From Escherichia coli (lineage in GTDB: Bacteria; Pseudomonadota; Gammaproteobacteria; Enterobacterales; Enterobacteriaceae), in NCBI RefSeq assembly GCF_003334815.1, contig NZ_QOWO01000014.1: DNA of 64,000 bases. One strand, given 5' to 3'. The notes below the pieces were generated by a model. It was not told the DNA's origin. It did no database searches and saw nothing but the letters and a program-made list of their open reading frames with translations. The translations under genes and the position numbers were made by a program. Below are positions 46,935 through 58,780 of this stretch, piece after piece. Numbering within the stretch: position 1 is the stretch's first letter; each line of letters begins with the position of its first letter.

Positions 46935-48251
46935 ATGGGAAACACATCAATACAAACGCAGAGTTACCGTGCGGTAGATAAAGATGCAGGGCAAAGCAGA
47001 AGTTACATTATTCCATTCGCGCTGCTGTGCTCACTGTTTTTTCTTTGGGCGGTAGCCAATAACCTTAACGACATTTTATTACCTCAATTCCAGCAGGCTT
47101 TTACGCTGACAAATTTCCAGGCTGGCCTGATCCAATCGGCCTTTTACTTTGGTTATTTCATTATCCCAATCCCTGCTGGGATATTGATGAAAAAACTCAG
47201 TTATAAAGCAGGGATTATTACCGGGTTATTTTTATATGCCTTGGGTGCTGCATTATTCTGGCCCGCCGCAGAAATAATGAACTACACCTTATTTTTAGTT
47301 GGCCTATTTATTATTGCAGCCGGATTAGGTTGTCTGGAAACTGCCGCAAACCCTTTTGTTACGGTATTAGGGCCGGAAAGTAGTGGTCACTTCCGCTTAA
47401 ATCTTGCGCAAACATTTAACTCGTTTGGCGCAATTATCGCGGTTGTCTTTGGGCAAAGTCTTATTTTGTCTAACGTGCCACATCAATCGCAAGACGTTCT
47501 CGATAAAATGTCTCCAGAGCAATTGAGTGCGTATAAACACAGCCTGGTATTATCGGTACAGACACCTTATATGATCATCGTGGCTATCGTGTTACTGGTC
47601 GCCCTGCTGATCATGCTGACGAAATTCCCGGCATTGCAGAGTGATAATCACAGTGACGCCAAACAAGGATCGTTCTCCGCATCGCTTTCTCGCCTGGCGC
47701 GTATTCGCCACTGGCGCTGGGCGGTATTAGCGCAATTCTGCTATGTCGGCGCACAAACGGCCTGCTGGAGCTATTTGATTCGCTACGCTGTAGAAGAAAT
47801 TCCAGGTATGACTGCAGGCTTTGCCGCTAACTATTTAACCGGAACCATGGTGTGCTTCTTTATTGGTCGTTTCACCGGTACCTGGCTCATCAGTCGCTTC
47901 GCACCACACAAAGTCCTGGCCGCCTACGCATTAATCGCTATGGCACTGTGCCTGATCTCAGCCTTCGCTGGCGGTCATGTGGGCTTAATAGCCCTGACTT
48001 TATGCAGCGCCTTTATGTCGATTCAGTACCCAACAATCTTCTCGCTGGGCATTAAGAATCTCGGCCAGGACACCAAATATGGTTCGTCCTTCATCGTTAT
48101 GACCATTATTGGCGGCGGTATTGTCACTCCGGTCATGGGTTTTGTCAGTGACGCGGCGGGCAACATCCCCACTGCTGAACTGATCCCCGCACTCTGCTTC
48201 GCGGTCATCTTTATCTTTGCCCGTTTCCGTTCTCAAACGGCAACTAACTGA
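46935..48251 (+). CDS. fucP: L-fucose:H+ symporter (MFS), 438 aa
   Basis: Full-length ORF MGNTSIQTQSYRAVDKDAGQSRSYIIPFALL... Confidence 0.96.
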   Translation: MGNTSIQTQSYRAVDKDAGQSRSYIIPFALLCSLFFLWAVANNLNDILLPQFQQAFTLTNFQAGLIQSAFYFGYFIIPIPAGILMKKLSYKAGIITGLFLYALGAALFWPAAEIMNYTLFLVGLFIIAAGLGCLETAANPFVTVLGPESSGHFRLNLAQTFNSFGAIIAVVFGQSLILSNVPHQSQDVLDKMSPEQLSAYKHSLVLSVQTPYMIIVAIVLLVALLIMLTKFPALQSDNHSDAKQGSFSASLSRLARIRHWRWAVLAQFCYVGAQTACWSYLIRYAVEEIPGMTAGFAANYLTGTMVCFFIGRFTGTWLISRFAPHKVLAAYALIAMALCLISAFAGGHVGLIALTLCSAFMSIQYPTIFSLGIKNLGQDTKYGSSFIVMTIIGGGIVTPVMGFVSDAAGNIPTAELIPALCFAVIFIFARFRSQTATN

Positions 48252-48283
48252 ACATATTTTCCGAATAAAGTGAGGAATCTGTA

Positions 48284-50059
48284 ATGAAAAAAATCAGCTT
48301 ACCGAAAATTGGTATCCGCCCGGTTATTGACGGTCGTCGCATGGGTGTTCGTGAGTCGCTTGAAGAACAAACAATGAATATGGCGAAAGCTACGGCCGCA
48401 CTGCTGACCGAGAAACTGCGCCATGCCTGCGGAGCTGCCGTCGAGTGTGTCATTTCCGATACCTGTATCGCGGGTATGGCTGAAGCCGCTGCTTGCGAAG
48501 AAAAATTCAGCAGTCAGAATGTAGGCCTCACCATTACGGTAACGCCTTGCTGGTGCTATGGCAGTGAAACCATCGACATGGATCCAACCCGCCCGAAGGC
48601 CATTTGGGGCTTTAACGGCACTGAACGCCCCGGCGCTGTTTACCTGGCAGCGGCTCTGGCAGCTCACAGCCAGAAAGGCATCCCAGCATTCTCCATTTAC
48701 GGTCATGACGTTCAGGATGCCGATGACACATCGATTCCTGCCGATGTTGAAGAAAAACTGCTGCGCTTTGCCCGCGCCGGTTTGGCCGTCGCCAGCATGA
48801 AAGGTAAAAGCTATCTGTCGCTGGGCGGCGTTTCGATGGGTATCGCCGGTTCCATTGTTGATCACAACTTCTTTGAATCCTGGCTGGGAATGAAAGTCCA
48901 GGCGGTGGATATGACCGAACTGCGTCGCCGTATCGATCAGAAGATTTACGACGAAGCCGAATTGGAAATGGCACTGGCCTGGGCTGATAAAAACTTCCGC
49001 TATGGCGAAGATGAAAATAACAAACAGTATCAACGTAATGCCGAGCAAAGCCGCGCAGTTCTGCGCGAAAGTTTACTGATGGCGATGTGTATCCGCGACA
49101 TGATGCAAGGCAACAGCAAACTGGCCGATATTGGTCGCGTGGAAGAATCACTTGGCTACAACGCCATCGCTGCGGGCTTCCAGGGGCAACGTCACTGGAC
49201 CGATCAATATCCCAATGGTGACACCGCCGAAGCGATCCTCAACAGTTCATTTGACTGGAATGGCGTGCGCGAACCCTTTGTCGTGGCGACCGAAAACGAC
49301 AGTCTTAACGGCGTGGCAATGCTAATGGGTCACCAGCTCACCGGCACCGCTCAGGTATTTGCCGATGTGCGTACCTACTGGTCACCAGAAGCAATTGAGC
49401 GTGTAACGGGGCATAAACTGGATGGACTGGCAGAACACGGCATCATCCATTTGATCAACTCCGGTTCTGCTGCGCTGGACGGTTCCTGTAAACAACGCGA
49501 CAGCGAAGGTAACCCGACGATGAAGCCACACTGGGAAATCTCTCAGCAAGAGGCTGACGCTTGCCTCGCCGCTACCGAATGGTGCCCGGCGATCCACGAA
49601 TACTTCCGTGGCGGCGGTTACTCTTCCCGCTTCCTTACCGAAGGCGGCGTCCCGTTCACCATGACTCGTGTCAACATCATCAAAGGCCTGGGACCGGTAC
49701 TGCAAATCGCGGAAGGCTGGAGCGTGGAATTGCCGAAGGATGTGCATGACATCCTCAACAAACGCACCAACTCAACCTGGCCAACCACCTGGTTTGCACC
49801 GCGCCTCACCGGTAAAGGGCCGTTTACGGATGTGTACTCGGTAATGGCGAACTGGGGCGCTAACCATGGGGTTCTGACCATCGGCCACGTTGGCGCAGAC
49901 TTTATCACTCTCGCCTCCATGCTGCGTATCCCGGTATGTATGCACAACGTTGAAGAGACCAAAGTGTATCGTCCTTCTGCCTGGGCTGCGCACGGCATGG
50001 ATATTGAAGGCCAGGATTACCGCGCTTGCCAGAACTACGGTCCGTTGTACAAGCGTTAA
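48284..50059 (+). CDS. fucI: L-fucose isomerase, 591 aa
   Basis: Full-length [33 protein letters not shown]... Confidence 0.97.
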   Translation: MKKISLPKIGIRPVIDGRRMGVRESLEEQTMNMAKATAALLTEKLRHACGAAVECVISDTCIAGMAEAAACEEKFSSQNVGLTITVTPCWCYGSETIDMDPTRPKAIWGFNGTERPGAVYLAAALAAHSQKGIPAFSIYGHDVQDADDTSIPADVEEKLLRFARAGLAVASMKGKSYLSLGGVSMGIAGSIVDHNFFESWLGMKVQAVDMTELRRRIDQKIYDEAELEMALAWADKNFRYGEDENNKQYQRNAEQSRAVLRESLLMAMCIRDMMQGNSKLADIGRVEESLGYNAIAAGFQGQRHWTDQYPNGDTAEAILNSSFDWNGVREPFVVATENDSLNGVAMLMGHQLTGTAQVFADVRTYWSPEAIERVTGHKLDGLAEHGIIHLINSGSAALDGSCKQRDSEGNPTMKPHWEISQQEADACLAATEWCPAIHEYFRGGGYSSRFLTEGGVPFTMTRVNIIKGLGPVLQIAEGWSVELPKDVHDILNKRTNSTWPTTWFAPRLTGKGPFTDVYSVMANWGANHGVLTIGHVGADFITLASMLRIPVCMHNVEETKVYRPSAWAAHGMDIEGQDYRACQNYGPLYKR

Positions 50060-50167
50060 TACATTACTCCCTGATGTGATGCCCGGTCGCTCCGGCTACC
50101 GGGCCTGAACAAGCAAGAGTGGTTAGCCGGATAAGCAATGTTATCCGGCTATATTGCAGGAGCGATT

Positions 50168-51586
50168 ATGAAACAAGAAGTTATCCTGGTACTCGACTGT
50201 GGCGCGACCAATGTCAGGGCCATCGCGGTTAATCGGCAGGGCAAAATTGTTGCCCGCGCCTCAACGCCTAATGCCAGCGATATCGCGATGGAAAACAACA
50301 CCTGGCACCAGTGGTCTTTAGACGCCATTTTGCAACGCTTTGCTGATTGCTGTCGGCAAATCAATAGTGAACTGACTGAATGCCACATCCGCGGTATCGC
50401 CGTCACCACCTTTGGTGTGGATGGCGCTCTGGTAGATAAGCAAGGCAATCTGCTCTATCCGATTATTAGCTGGAAATGTCCGCGAACAGCAGCGGTTATG
50501 GACAATATTGAACGGTTAATCTCCGCACAGCGGTTGCAGGCTATTTCTGGCGTCGGAGCCTTTAGTTTCAATACGTTATATAAGTTGGTGTGGTTGAAAG
50601 AAAATCATCCACAACTGCTGGAACGCGCGCACGCCTGGCTCTTTATTTCGTCGCTGATTAACCACCGTTTAACCGGCGAATTCACTACTGATATCACGAT
50701 GGCCGGAACCAGCCAGATGCTGGATATCCAGCAACGCGATTTCAGTCCGCAAATTTTACAAGCCACCGGTATTCCACGCCGACTCTTCCCTCGTCTGGTG
50801 GAAGCGGGTGAACAGATTGGTACGCTACAGAACAGCGCCGCAGCAATGCTCGGCTTACCCGTTGGCATACCGGTGATTTCCGCAGGTCACGATACCCAGT
50901 TCGCCCTTTTTGGCGCTGGTGCTGAACAAAATGAACCCGTGCTCTCTTCCGGTACATGGGAAATTTTAATGGTTCGCAGCGCCCAGGTTGATACTTCGCT
51001 GTTAAGTCAGTACGCCGGTTCCACCTGCGAACTGGATAGCCAGGCAGGGTTGTATAACCCAGGTATGCAATGGCTGGCATCCGGCGTGCTGGAATGGGTG
51101 AGAAAACTGTTCTGGACGGCTGAAACACCCTGGCAAATGTTGATTGAAGAAGCTCGTCTGATCGCGCCTGGCGCGGATGGCGTAAAAATGCAGTGTGATT
51201 TATTGTCGTGTCAGAACGCTGGCTGGCAAGGAGTGACGCTTAATACCACGCGGGGGCATTTCTATCGCGCGGCGCTGGAAGGGTTAACTGCGCAATTACA
51301 GCGCAATCTACAGATGCTGGAAAAAATCGGGCACTTTAAGGCCTCTGAATTATTGTTAGTCGGTGGAGGAAGTCGCAACACATTGTGGAATCAGATTAAA
51401 GCCAATATGCTTGATATTCCGGTAAAAGTTCTCGACGACGCCGAAACGACCGTCGCAGGAGCTGCGCTGTTCGGTTGGTATGGCGTAGGGGAATTTAACA
51501 GCCCGGAAGAAGCCCGCGCACAGATTCATTATCAGTACCGTTATTTCTACCCGCAAACTGAACCTGAATTTATAGAGGAAGTGTGA
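50168..51586 (+). CDS. fucK: L-fuculokinase (FGGY family), 472 aa
   Basis: ORF trimmed to ATG 50168 ([21 protein letters not shown]...). Confidence 0.93.
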
Positions 51587-51587
51587 A

Positions 51588-52010
51588 ATGCTGAAAACAA
51601 TTTCGCCGTTAATTTCTCCCGAACTATTGAAAGTGCTGGCAGAGATGGGACATGGAGATGAAATTATTTTTTCCGATGCTCACTTTCCCGCCCATTCGAT
51701 GGGACCGCAGGTGATCCGCGCTGATGGCCTGTTGGTGAGCGACTTGCTCCAGGCGATTATCCCGTTATTTGAACTGGACAGTTATGCACCGCCGCTGGTG
51801 ATGATGGCGGCGGTAGAAGGTGACACTCTCGATCCTGAAGTAGAACGACGTTACCGTAATGCGCTTTCACTACAAGCCCCGTGTCCTGACATCATCCGCA
51901 TCAATCGTTTTGCGTTTTATGAACGGGCGCAAAAAGCCTTTGCGATCGTTATCACAGGCGAACGAGCGAAGTACGGGAATATTCTTTTAAAAAAAGGGGT
52001 AACACCGTAA
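51588..52010 (+). CDS. fucU: L-fucose mutarotase, 140 aa
   Basis: Full-length [31 protein letters not shown]... Confidence 0.95.
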
Positions 52011-52067
52011 TCTCATACCGGTACGCCCGCATGACGCGGGCGGTTATCGAATGATGGGGTGAAAAAT

Positions 52068-52799
52068 ATGAAAGCGGCACGCCAGCAAGCGATAGTCGAC
52101 CTGCTGCTGAACCATACCAGCCTGACCACGGAAGCTCTCTCTGAACAGCTAAAGGTCAGTAAAGAAACCATTCGTCGCGATCTCAATGAATTACAGACGC
52201 AGGGTAAAATTCTGCGCAATCATGGACGCGCTAAATATATCCACCGTCAAAATCAAGACAGTGGCGATCCCTTTCACATCAGGCTGAAAAGCCATTATGC
52301 GCATAAAGCAGATATCGCGCGCGAGGCGCTCGCGTGGATTGAAGAAGGGATGGTGATAGCCTTAGACGCCAGTTCAACTTGCTGGTATCTGGCACGCCAG
52401 TTGCCTGACATCAACATTCAGGTCTTCACCAATAGCCATCCGATTTGCCATGAACTCGGTAAACGCGAACGCATTCAACTGATCAGTTCCGGCGGCACAC
52501 TTGAGCGCAAATATGGCTGTTACGTCAATCCCTCGCTGATTTCCCAACTTAAATCGCTGGAAATCGATCTGTTTATTTTTTCTTGTGAAGGGATCGATAG
52601 CAGCGGCGCACTGTGGGACTCCAATGCGATCAACGCTGATTACAAATCGATGCTATTAAAACGTGCCGCGCAATCGTTGTTATTGATTGATAAAAGTAAA
52701 TTTAATCGTTCAGGGGAAGCCCGCATCGGGCATCTGGATGAGGTAACGCACATTATTTCTGATGAGCGCCAGGTTGCAACTTCTTTGGTAACAGCCTGA
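52068..52799 (+). CDS. fucR: DeoR-family activator of the fucose regulon, 243 aa
   Basis: ORF trimmed to ATG 52068 (MKAARQQAIVDLLLNHTSLTTEAL...); N-terminal HTH. Confidence 0.93.
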   Translation: MKAARQQAIVDLLLNHTSLTTEALSEQLKVSKETIRRDLNELQTQGKILRNHGRAKYIHRQNQDSGDPFHIRLKSHYAHKADIAREALAWIEEGMVIALDASSTCWYLARQLPDINIQVFTNSHPICHELGKRERIQLISSGGTLERKYGCYVNPSLISQLKSLEIDLFIFSCEGIDSSGALWDSNAINADYKSMLLKRAAQSLLLIDKSKFNRSGEARIGHLDEVTHIISDERQVATSLVTA

Positions 52800-52842
52800 C
52801 GGAAAGGGTAGCAGGCCGGAGACGACGCCCCGGCCTTGCCTG

Positions 52843-53943
52843 TTATCGCTCGTCGCGACGACCACCCACCGCAGCCCAGATGCGGCGGACGTGCACCGTC
52901 ACTTCTTCGCGATCGTGATACAACTGCCGCGCCTGAATCTGAGCATTTATGCCATGTTCATCAAGCTGTGCCTGAATATACGCCAGATTGTGTGACACTT
53001 CTTCGTAGCGTTTTTTCATCGGCAGTTTGAGGTTGAAAATGGTTTCACGGCACCAGCCATTAACCAGCCACTGCGCCATCAATGCCGCAACTTTCGCCGG
53101 TTTTTCAACCATATCGCATACCATCCAGGAGATATTGCTGCGCGTCGGACGGAATTTGAAACCGTCTTCCCGCAGCCACGTCACCTGTCCGGTATCCATC
53201 AGACTTTGCGCCATCGGGCCGTTGTCGACGGAATAAACCCACATGTTGCGCTTCACCAGTTGGTAGGTCCAGCCGCCAGGGCAAGCGCCTAAATCCACCG
53301 CCCACATCCCGTTCGCCAGGCGTTCATCCCACTCATCCGCAGGAATAAACACATGAAATGCCTCTTCCAGTTTGAGCGTGGAACGACTCGGCGCATCTGC
53401 CGGAAATTTCAGGCGCGGAATGCCCATATAGAACGGCGAATTATTGTTGCTGTATGAGTAACCGGTATAGCAGCAGCCTGGTGCAATAAAGAATACATGC
53501 ACAACCGGACGCTTCGGCGTTTCATAGTTCGCCAGCACCCCGGCATCGCGCAAGGCAGCGCGTAGCGGAACAGTAAATTTACGGCAGAATTTCAGTAACT
53601 CTTTGCTTTCGTTGGTATCGGCAACTTCAACACGCAGTTCACCGCCCTTCTCTACTACGCCCTGTAACATGCCGACAATGGGGGTAATACGATCTTCTGG
53701 CGGCAAATGCTGCAGGAGTTCCCCCACCACAAACCACTGGCGGGCAAAAATTAATGAACTGAACGGCAGCTCACGGATTAACTTATCGCCATCATCAGGT
53801 TGATAACATTCATAAATGACATAACCCGCATTCTCTTTCACGCGGGCAAAACCGAAAATTTCCCGCTGGCCGGCTTTATCGGTAATTTCTGCGGCGCACT
53901 CTTTTTCAAAGCCCGGACGGCACAGCAATACAACCTTATTCAT
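52843..53943 (-). CDS. rlmM: 23S rRNA (cytidine2498-2'-O)-methyltransferase, 366 aa
   Basis: Full-length [29 protein letters not shown]... Confidence 0.93.
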
Positions 53944-54331
53944 GACTTACGCCCTTGCGCTTTAAACGGATAGCACCAACTAACATTAACGCCCAGCCCG
54001 CGAGGAAGCTCACGCCGCCAACCGGAGTGACAAACGCCCACAAACGCAGATGGGACAGCGCCAGGCAATAAAGGCTGCCGCTGAACAACACCGTGCCTAA
54101 CGCGAGGAAAACGCTACTCCAGTAAAACCAGATACTGATGCGACGCTGCATTGCCACCGCCAGACCTAAGATCGCCAGCGTATGAAACGCCTGGTATTCG
54201 AGGCCGGTCTGGATCCAGCCCATCTCAACGGCCCCCATGGTTTTACTTAACACATGCGCGCCAAAAGCGCCCAGAGCCACAAAAATGAAGCCGCTAATGG
54301 CGGCGAAAATCAGCATAAAACGGCTGGTCAT
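53936..54331 (-). CDS. ygdD: DUF423 inner-membrane protein, 131 aa
   Basis: Hydrophobic 4-TM-like ORF; 8-nt overlap with rlmM. Confidence 0.85.
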
Positions 54332-54349
54332 GGTCGTACCCTACGTAAA

Positions 54350-55267
54350 TTATTGTTCATAACGAAAGCGGAATTTTTCTTGTTCAGCAGCGGCTTTCGC
54401 CAGGATCCATTGGCGAAAGGCGGCTATTTTACCCAGTTCTGCCTGACTGTCATGACAAACCAGATAAAAAGCATTTTTACTGACCAGAACATCATTAAAC
54501 GGGCAAACAAGACGTCCGGCCTCGATTTCAGATTGCGCCATCACGTTATTTGCCAGCGCCACTCCCTGCCCGTGGATAGCCGCTTGCAGCACCATGGCGC
54601 TATGGCTAAAAATTGGCCCTTGCTGAACGTTGATATGATTTAACCCCAACTGTCGGGTATATGTCTGCCAGTCACGGCGCGAAGCATCATGTAATAACGT
54701 ATGTTTAGCCAGATCTTCCGGTGTCTTCAAGGGTTTTTCGCCAGTCAGCAGTAGCGGCGAACACACCGGCAATAAATATTCGGCGTACAGTTTTTCCACC
54801 CGTAGCCCCGGCCAGTTGCCCCGACCATAAAATATCGCCACATCAACATCATCCGCCAGCTTATCTTCCTGACGATCAACCGCCTGGATTCGAACGTCAA
54901 TTCCCGGATAAGCTGAATTAAAGCTGGAAAGTCGCGGAACCAACCAATGAATGGCGAAACTGGGGAGTAAACTGACCGTCAACGCCCCCTTGGCGCTACG
55001 GGCCTGGAGTTTACGCGTCGCTTCGGTTAATTGCGAAAATATCTCTTTGATATCGAGGAAATAGCTTTGCCCTTCCTCGGTCAGCAGGAGTGAACGATTA
55101 CGGCGGCGGAACAGTTTTAGCCCCAAAAAATCCTCAAGAGACTTGATTTGATGACTTACTGCGGCTTGGGTCACAAAAAGCTCTTCTGCTGCGCGAGTGA
55201 AACTTAAATGGCGTGCTGCGGCATCAAAAACTCGTAAGGCATTTAGCGGTGGTAATCGTTTAGACAT
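54350..55267 (-). CDS. gcvA: LysR-family regulator of the glycine cleavage system, 305 aa
   Basis: N-terminal LysR HTH LSFTRAAEELFVTQAAVSHQIKSLE. Confidence 0.96.
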   Translation of the reverse strand: MSKRLPPLNALRVFDAAARHLSFTRAAEELFVTQAAVSHQIKSLEDFLGLKLFRRRNRSLLLTEEGQSYFLDIKEIFSQLTEATRKLQARSAKGALTVSLLPSFAIHWLVPRLSSFNSAYPGIDVRIQAVDRQEDKLADDVDVAIFYGRGNWPGLRVEKLYAEYLLPVCSPLLLTGEKPLKTPEDLAKHTLLHDASRRDWQTYTRQLGLNHINVQQGPIFSHSAMVLQAAIHGQGVALANNVMAQSEIEAGRLVCPFNDVLVSKNAFYLVCHDSQAELGKIAAFRQWILAKAAAEQEKFRFRYEQ

Positions 55268-55395
55268 GGCTATTAAACTTTGATGTTAAATGAATTTAAC
55301 AATTAGATCACACTATGTAACCTATTAGTTTTTTTAATCTGAGCCATTATAAATTGTCCGTTGAGCTTCTACCAGCAAATACCTATAGTGGCGGC

Positions 55396-55601
55396 ACTTC
55401 CTGAGCCGGAACGAAAAGTTTTATCGGAATGCGTGTTCTGGTGAACTTTTGGCTTACGGTTGTGATGTTGTGTTGTTGTGTTTGCAATTGGTCTGCGATT
55501 CAGACCATGGTAGCAAAGCTACCTTTTTTCACTTCCTGTACATTTACCCTGTCTGTCCATAGTGATTAATGTAGCACCGCCTAATTGCGGTGCTTTTTTT
55601 T
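55396..55601 (+). ncRNA. gcvB: GcvB small RNA
   Basis: Divergent from gcvA; TATAGT -10 box at 55385-55390; 5' ACTTCCTGAGCCGGAACG; GU-rich segment GTTGTGATGTTGTGTTGTTGTGTTTG; 3' terminator GCACCGCCTAATTGCGGTGC plus T9; 206 nt. Confidence 0.85.
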
Positions 55602-55617
55602 ACCTTGCGATCGCGAA

Positions 55618-55845
55618 TTACTGATCCAGTTCGACCATCTCTTTCACGTCAGTACGGTTGATCTGCTGTTTGTTGCCATTAGCGTCTTTATACGAAATCA
55701 TACCGGTATCGTTATCAGTCTGTGGTTTGCCGTCAGAGACGATGGTACGTCCGTCATTGGTGTGCATCACATAGTTCGAACCGGAACAGGCGCTCAGGGC
55801 AAAAGTCAGCATACAGGCAGAAATAATTGCGGCAGTCTTTTTCAT
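55618..55845 (-). CDS. ygdI: DUF903 lipoprotein, 75 aa
   Basis: Signal peptide with lipobox LSAC ([22 protein letters not shown]). Confidence 0.85.
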   Translation of the reverse strand: MKKTAAIISACMLTFALSACSGSNYVMHTNDGRTIVSDGKPQTDNDTGMISYKDANGNKQQINRTDVKEMVELDQ

Positions 55846-56036
55846 CATCTTCTCCTTAAAGCGATTAATAAATCTTAATAGTATTGATTAACAGGCTAAA
55901 ATTAACGCCTAACACTATTCAGCATATGTTACTTACGCGGCTTCGCCAGGATATCCAGATAATTCTGATGGTTAGCACTCTCCTTGTATCAAAGTGAATT
56001 TTGCGTCACGATCGGTGCATCAAGCCGAGGAGTACC

Positions 56037-57242
56037 ATGAACGTTTTTAATCCCGCGCAGTTTCGCGCCCAGTTTCCCGCACTACAGGATGCGGGCGTCT
56101 ATCTCGACAGCGCCGCGACCGCGCTTAAACCTGAAGCCGTGGTTGAAGCCACCCAACAGTTTTACAGTCTGAGCGCCGGAAACGTCCATCGCAGCCAGTT
56201 TGCCGAAGCCCAACGCCTGACCGCGCGTTATGAAGCTGCACGAGAGAAAGTGGCGCAATTACTGAATGCACCGGATGATAAAACTATCGTCTGGACGCGC
56301 GGCACCACTGAATCCATCAACATGGTGGCACAATGCTATGCGCGTCCGCGTCTGCAACCGGGCGATGAGATTATTGTCAGCGTGGCAGAACACCACGCCA
56401 ACCTCGTCCCCTGGCTGATGGTCGCCCAACAAACTGGAGCCAAAGTGGTGAAATTGCCGCTTAATGCGCAGCGACTGCCGGATGTCGATTTGTTGCCAGA
56501 ACTGATTACTCCCCGTAGTCGGATTCTGGCGTTGGGTCAGATGTCGAACGTTACTGGCGGTTGCCCGGATCTGGCGCGAGCGATTACCTTTGCTCATTCA
56601 GCCGGGATGGTGGTGATGGTTGATGGTGCTCAGGGGGCAGTGCATTTCCCCGCGGATGTTCAGCAACTGGATATTGATTTCTATGCTTTTTCAGGTCACA
56701 AACTGTATGGCCCGACAGGTATCGGCGTGCTGTATGGTAAATCAGAACTGCTGGAGGCGATGTCGCCCTGGCTGGGCGGCGGCAAAATGGTTCACGAAGT
56801 GAGTTTTGACGGCTTCACGACTCAATCTGCGCCGTGGAAACTGGAAGCTGGAACGCCAAATGTCGCTGGTGTCATAGGATTAAGCGCGGCGCTGGAATGG
56901 CTGGCAGATTACGATATCAACCAGGCCGAAAGCTGGAGCCGTAGCTTAGCAACGCTGGCGGAAGATGCGCTGGCGAAACGTCCCGGCTTTCGTTCATTCC
57001 GCTGCCAGGATTCCAGCCTGCTGGCCTTTGATTTTGCTGGCGTTCATCATAGCGATATGGTGACGCTGCTGGCGGAGTACGGTATTGCCCTGCGGGCCGG
57101 GCAGCATTGCGCTCAGCCGCTACTGGCAGAATTAGGCGTAACCGGCACACTGCGCGCCTCTTTTGCGCCATATAATACAAAGAGTGATGTGGATGCGCTG
57201 GTGAATGCCGTTGACCGCGCGCTGGAATTATTGGTGGATTAA
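56037..57242 (+). CDS. csdA: Cysteine desulfurase / sulfinate desulfinase, 401 aa
   Basis: PLP-lysine motif [10 protein letters not shown] and active-site Cys in GQHCAQP; trimmed to ATG 56037. Confidence 0.95.
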
Positions 57243-57685
57243 TGACAAACCCGCAATTCGCCGGACATCCGTTCGGCACAACCGTAACCGCAGAAACGTT
57301 ACGCAATACCTTCGCACCGTTGACGCAATGGGAAGATAAATATCGCCAGTTGATCATGCTGGGGAAACAGCTTCCGGCATTGCCAGACGAGTTAAAAGCG
57401 CAGGCTAAAGAGATTGCCGGATGCGAAAACCGCGTCTGGCTGGGATATACAGTGGCTGAAAACGGCAAAATGCATTTCTTTGGCGACAGCGAAGGGCGCA
57501 TTGTGCGCGGCCTGCTGGCGGTGTTGTTGACTGCCGTTGAGGGGAAAACCGCCGCCGAGTTGCAGGCACAGTCACCACTGGCATTGTTTGATGAGCTGGG
57601 ATTACGTGCGCAGCTTAGCGCCTCACGCAGCCAGGGGTTAAATGCGTTAAGCGAGGCGATTATCGCTGCGACGAAGCAGGTTTAA
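57242..57685 (+). CDS. csdE: Sulfur acceptor protein (SufE-like), 147 aa
   Basis: Conserved Cys in [10 protein letters not shown]; start overlaps csdA stop. Confidence 0.9.
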
Positions 57686-57735
57686 GCACAGAACCGGGTC
57701 GGATAAGACGTTCGCGTCTCATCCGACCTGATTGT

Positions 57736-58542
57736 TTAACCCTGACGCGCCGCTTTCGCCATCATCTTCTTCAGCGCATGAGAAACCGCAACAAACCCAA
57801 AGGTGGCGGTCACCATCGTTGCCGCGCCAAATCCAGATGCACAATCCATCCGCTTCGGCCCTTCTGCCGTGGCTTTCATCGCACACACCGTACCGTCTGA
57901 CTGCGGGTACACCAGCGCTTCAGTAGAAAACACGCAATCCACGCCGAGCTTACCTTTACTGTTTTTCACTACGCCAAAATCGCTTTTCAGGCGCTCGCGC
58001 AACTTCGCCGCCAGCGGGTCCTGAATCGTTTTCGCCAGATCGGTAACCTGAATCTGCGTCGGATCAATCTGCCCACCCGCGCCACCGGTTGTGACCAGTG
58101 GGATTTTATTGCGCCGACAATAAGCAATCAGCGCCGCTTTGGGCCGTACACTATCAATGGCATCAATCACGTACGAATAACCCACGCTCATATACTGCGC
58201 TACGTTATCCGGCGTCACGAAATCATCCACCACCGTTACACGGCACTCCGGGTTAATCTGGCGAATACGCTCCGCCATAACTTCCGCTTTTGCCAGCCCA
58301 ACGTTATCGCGCAGGGCATGAATTTGCCGATTGGTATTGGTGACGCACACATCATCCATATCGATAAGCGTGATTGCGCCAATCCCCGTGCGCGCCAGCG
58401 CTTCCGCCGCCCAGGAACCGACACCACCGATACCAACCACACAAATATGCGCGTCAGCAAACAGTTGCAACGCTTTTTCACCATACAGACGCGCTGTGCC
58501 ACCAAAACGCTGACGCCATGCATCACTAATTACCACAGACAT
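57736..58542 (-). CDS. tcdA: tRNA threonylcarbamoyladenosine dehydratase (E1-like), 268 aa
   Basis: ThiF/MoeB-type nucleotide-binding motif VVGIGGVGSWAAEAL. Confidence 0.93.
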   Translation of the reverse strand: MSVVISDAWRQRFGGTARLYGEKALQLFADAHICVVGIGGVGSWAAEALARTGIGAITLIDMDDVCVTNTNRQIHALRDNVGLAKAEVMAERIRQINPECRVTVVDDFVTPDNVAQYMSVGYSYVIDAIDSVRPKAALIAYCRRNKIPLVTTGGAGGQIDPTQIQVTDLAKTIQDPLAAKLRERLKSDFGVVKNSKGKLGVDCVFSTEALVYPQSDGTVCAMKATAEGPKRMDCASGFGAATMVTATFGFVAVSHALKKMMAKAARQG

Positions 58543-58572
58543 AGCACCTCAGAATTAAAAAGGGCGAGGTTA

Positions 58573-58700
58573 TCCCTCACCCTAAACGCATAAATGCCTG
58601 ATGCGCTACGCTTATCAGGCCTACATAACTCCTGCAATATTTTGGATTTGCATGATTTGTAGGCCGGATAAGGCGTTCACGCCGCATCCGGCATGAACAA
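58573..58700. repeat. BIME/REP cluster between tcdA and mltA, flanked by a short direct repeat
   Basis: GCCTGATGCGCTACGCTTATCAGGCCTAC and TGTAGGCCGGATAAGGCGTTCACGCCGCATCCGGCA units; GAGGTTAYCCCTCACCCT occurs at about 58566 and 58728. Confidence 0.55.
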
Positions 58701-58780
58701 CGCGCACTTAGTCAATAATCAGGATGTGAGGTTACCCCTCACCCTGTCATATCCGTAAAAACGGCATACAGAATATCACA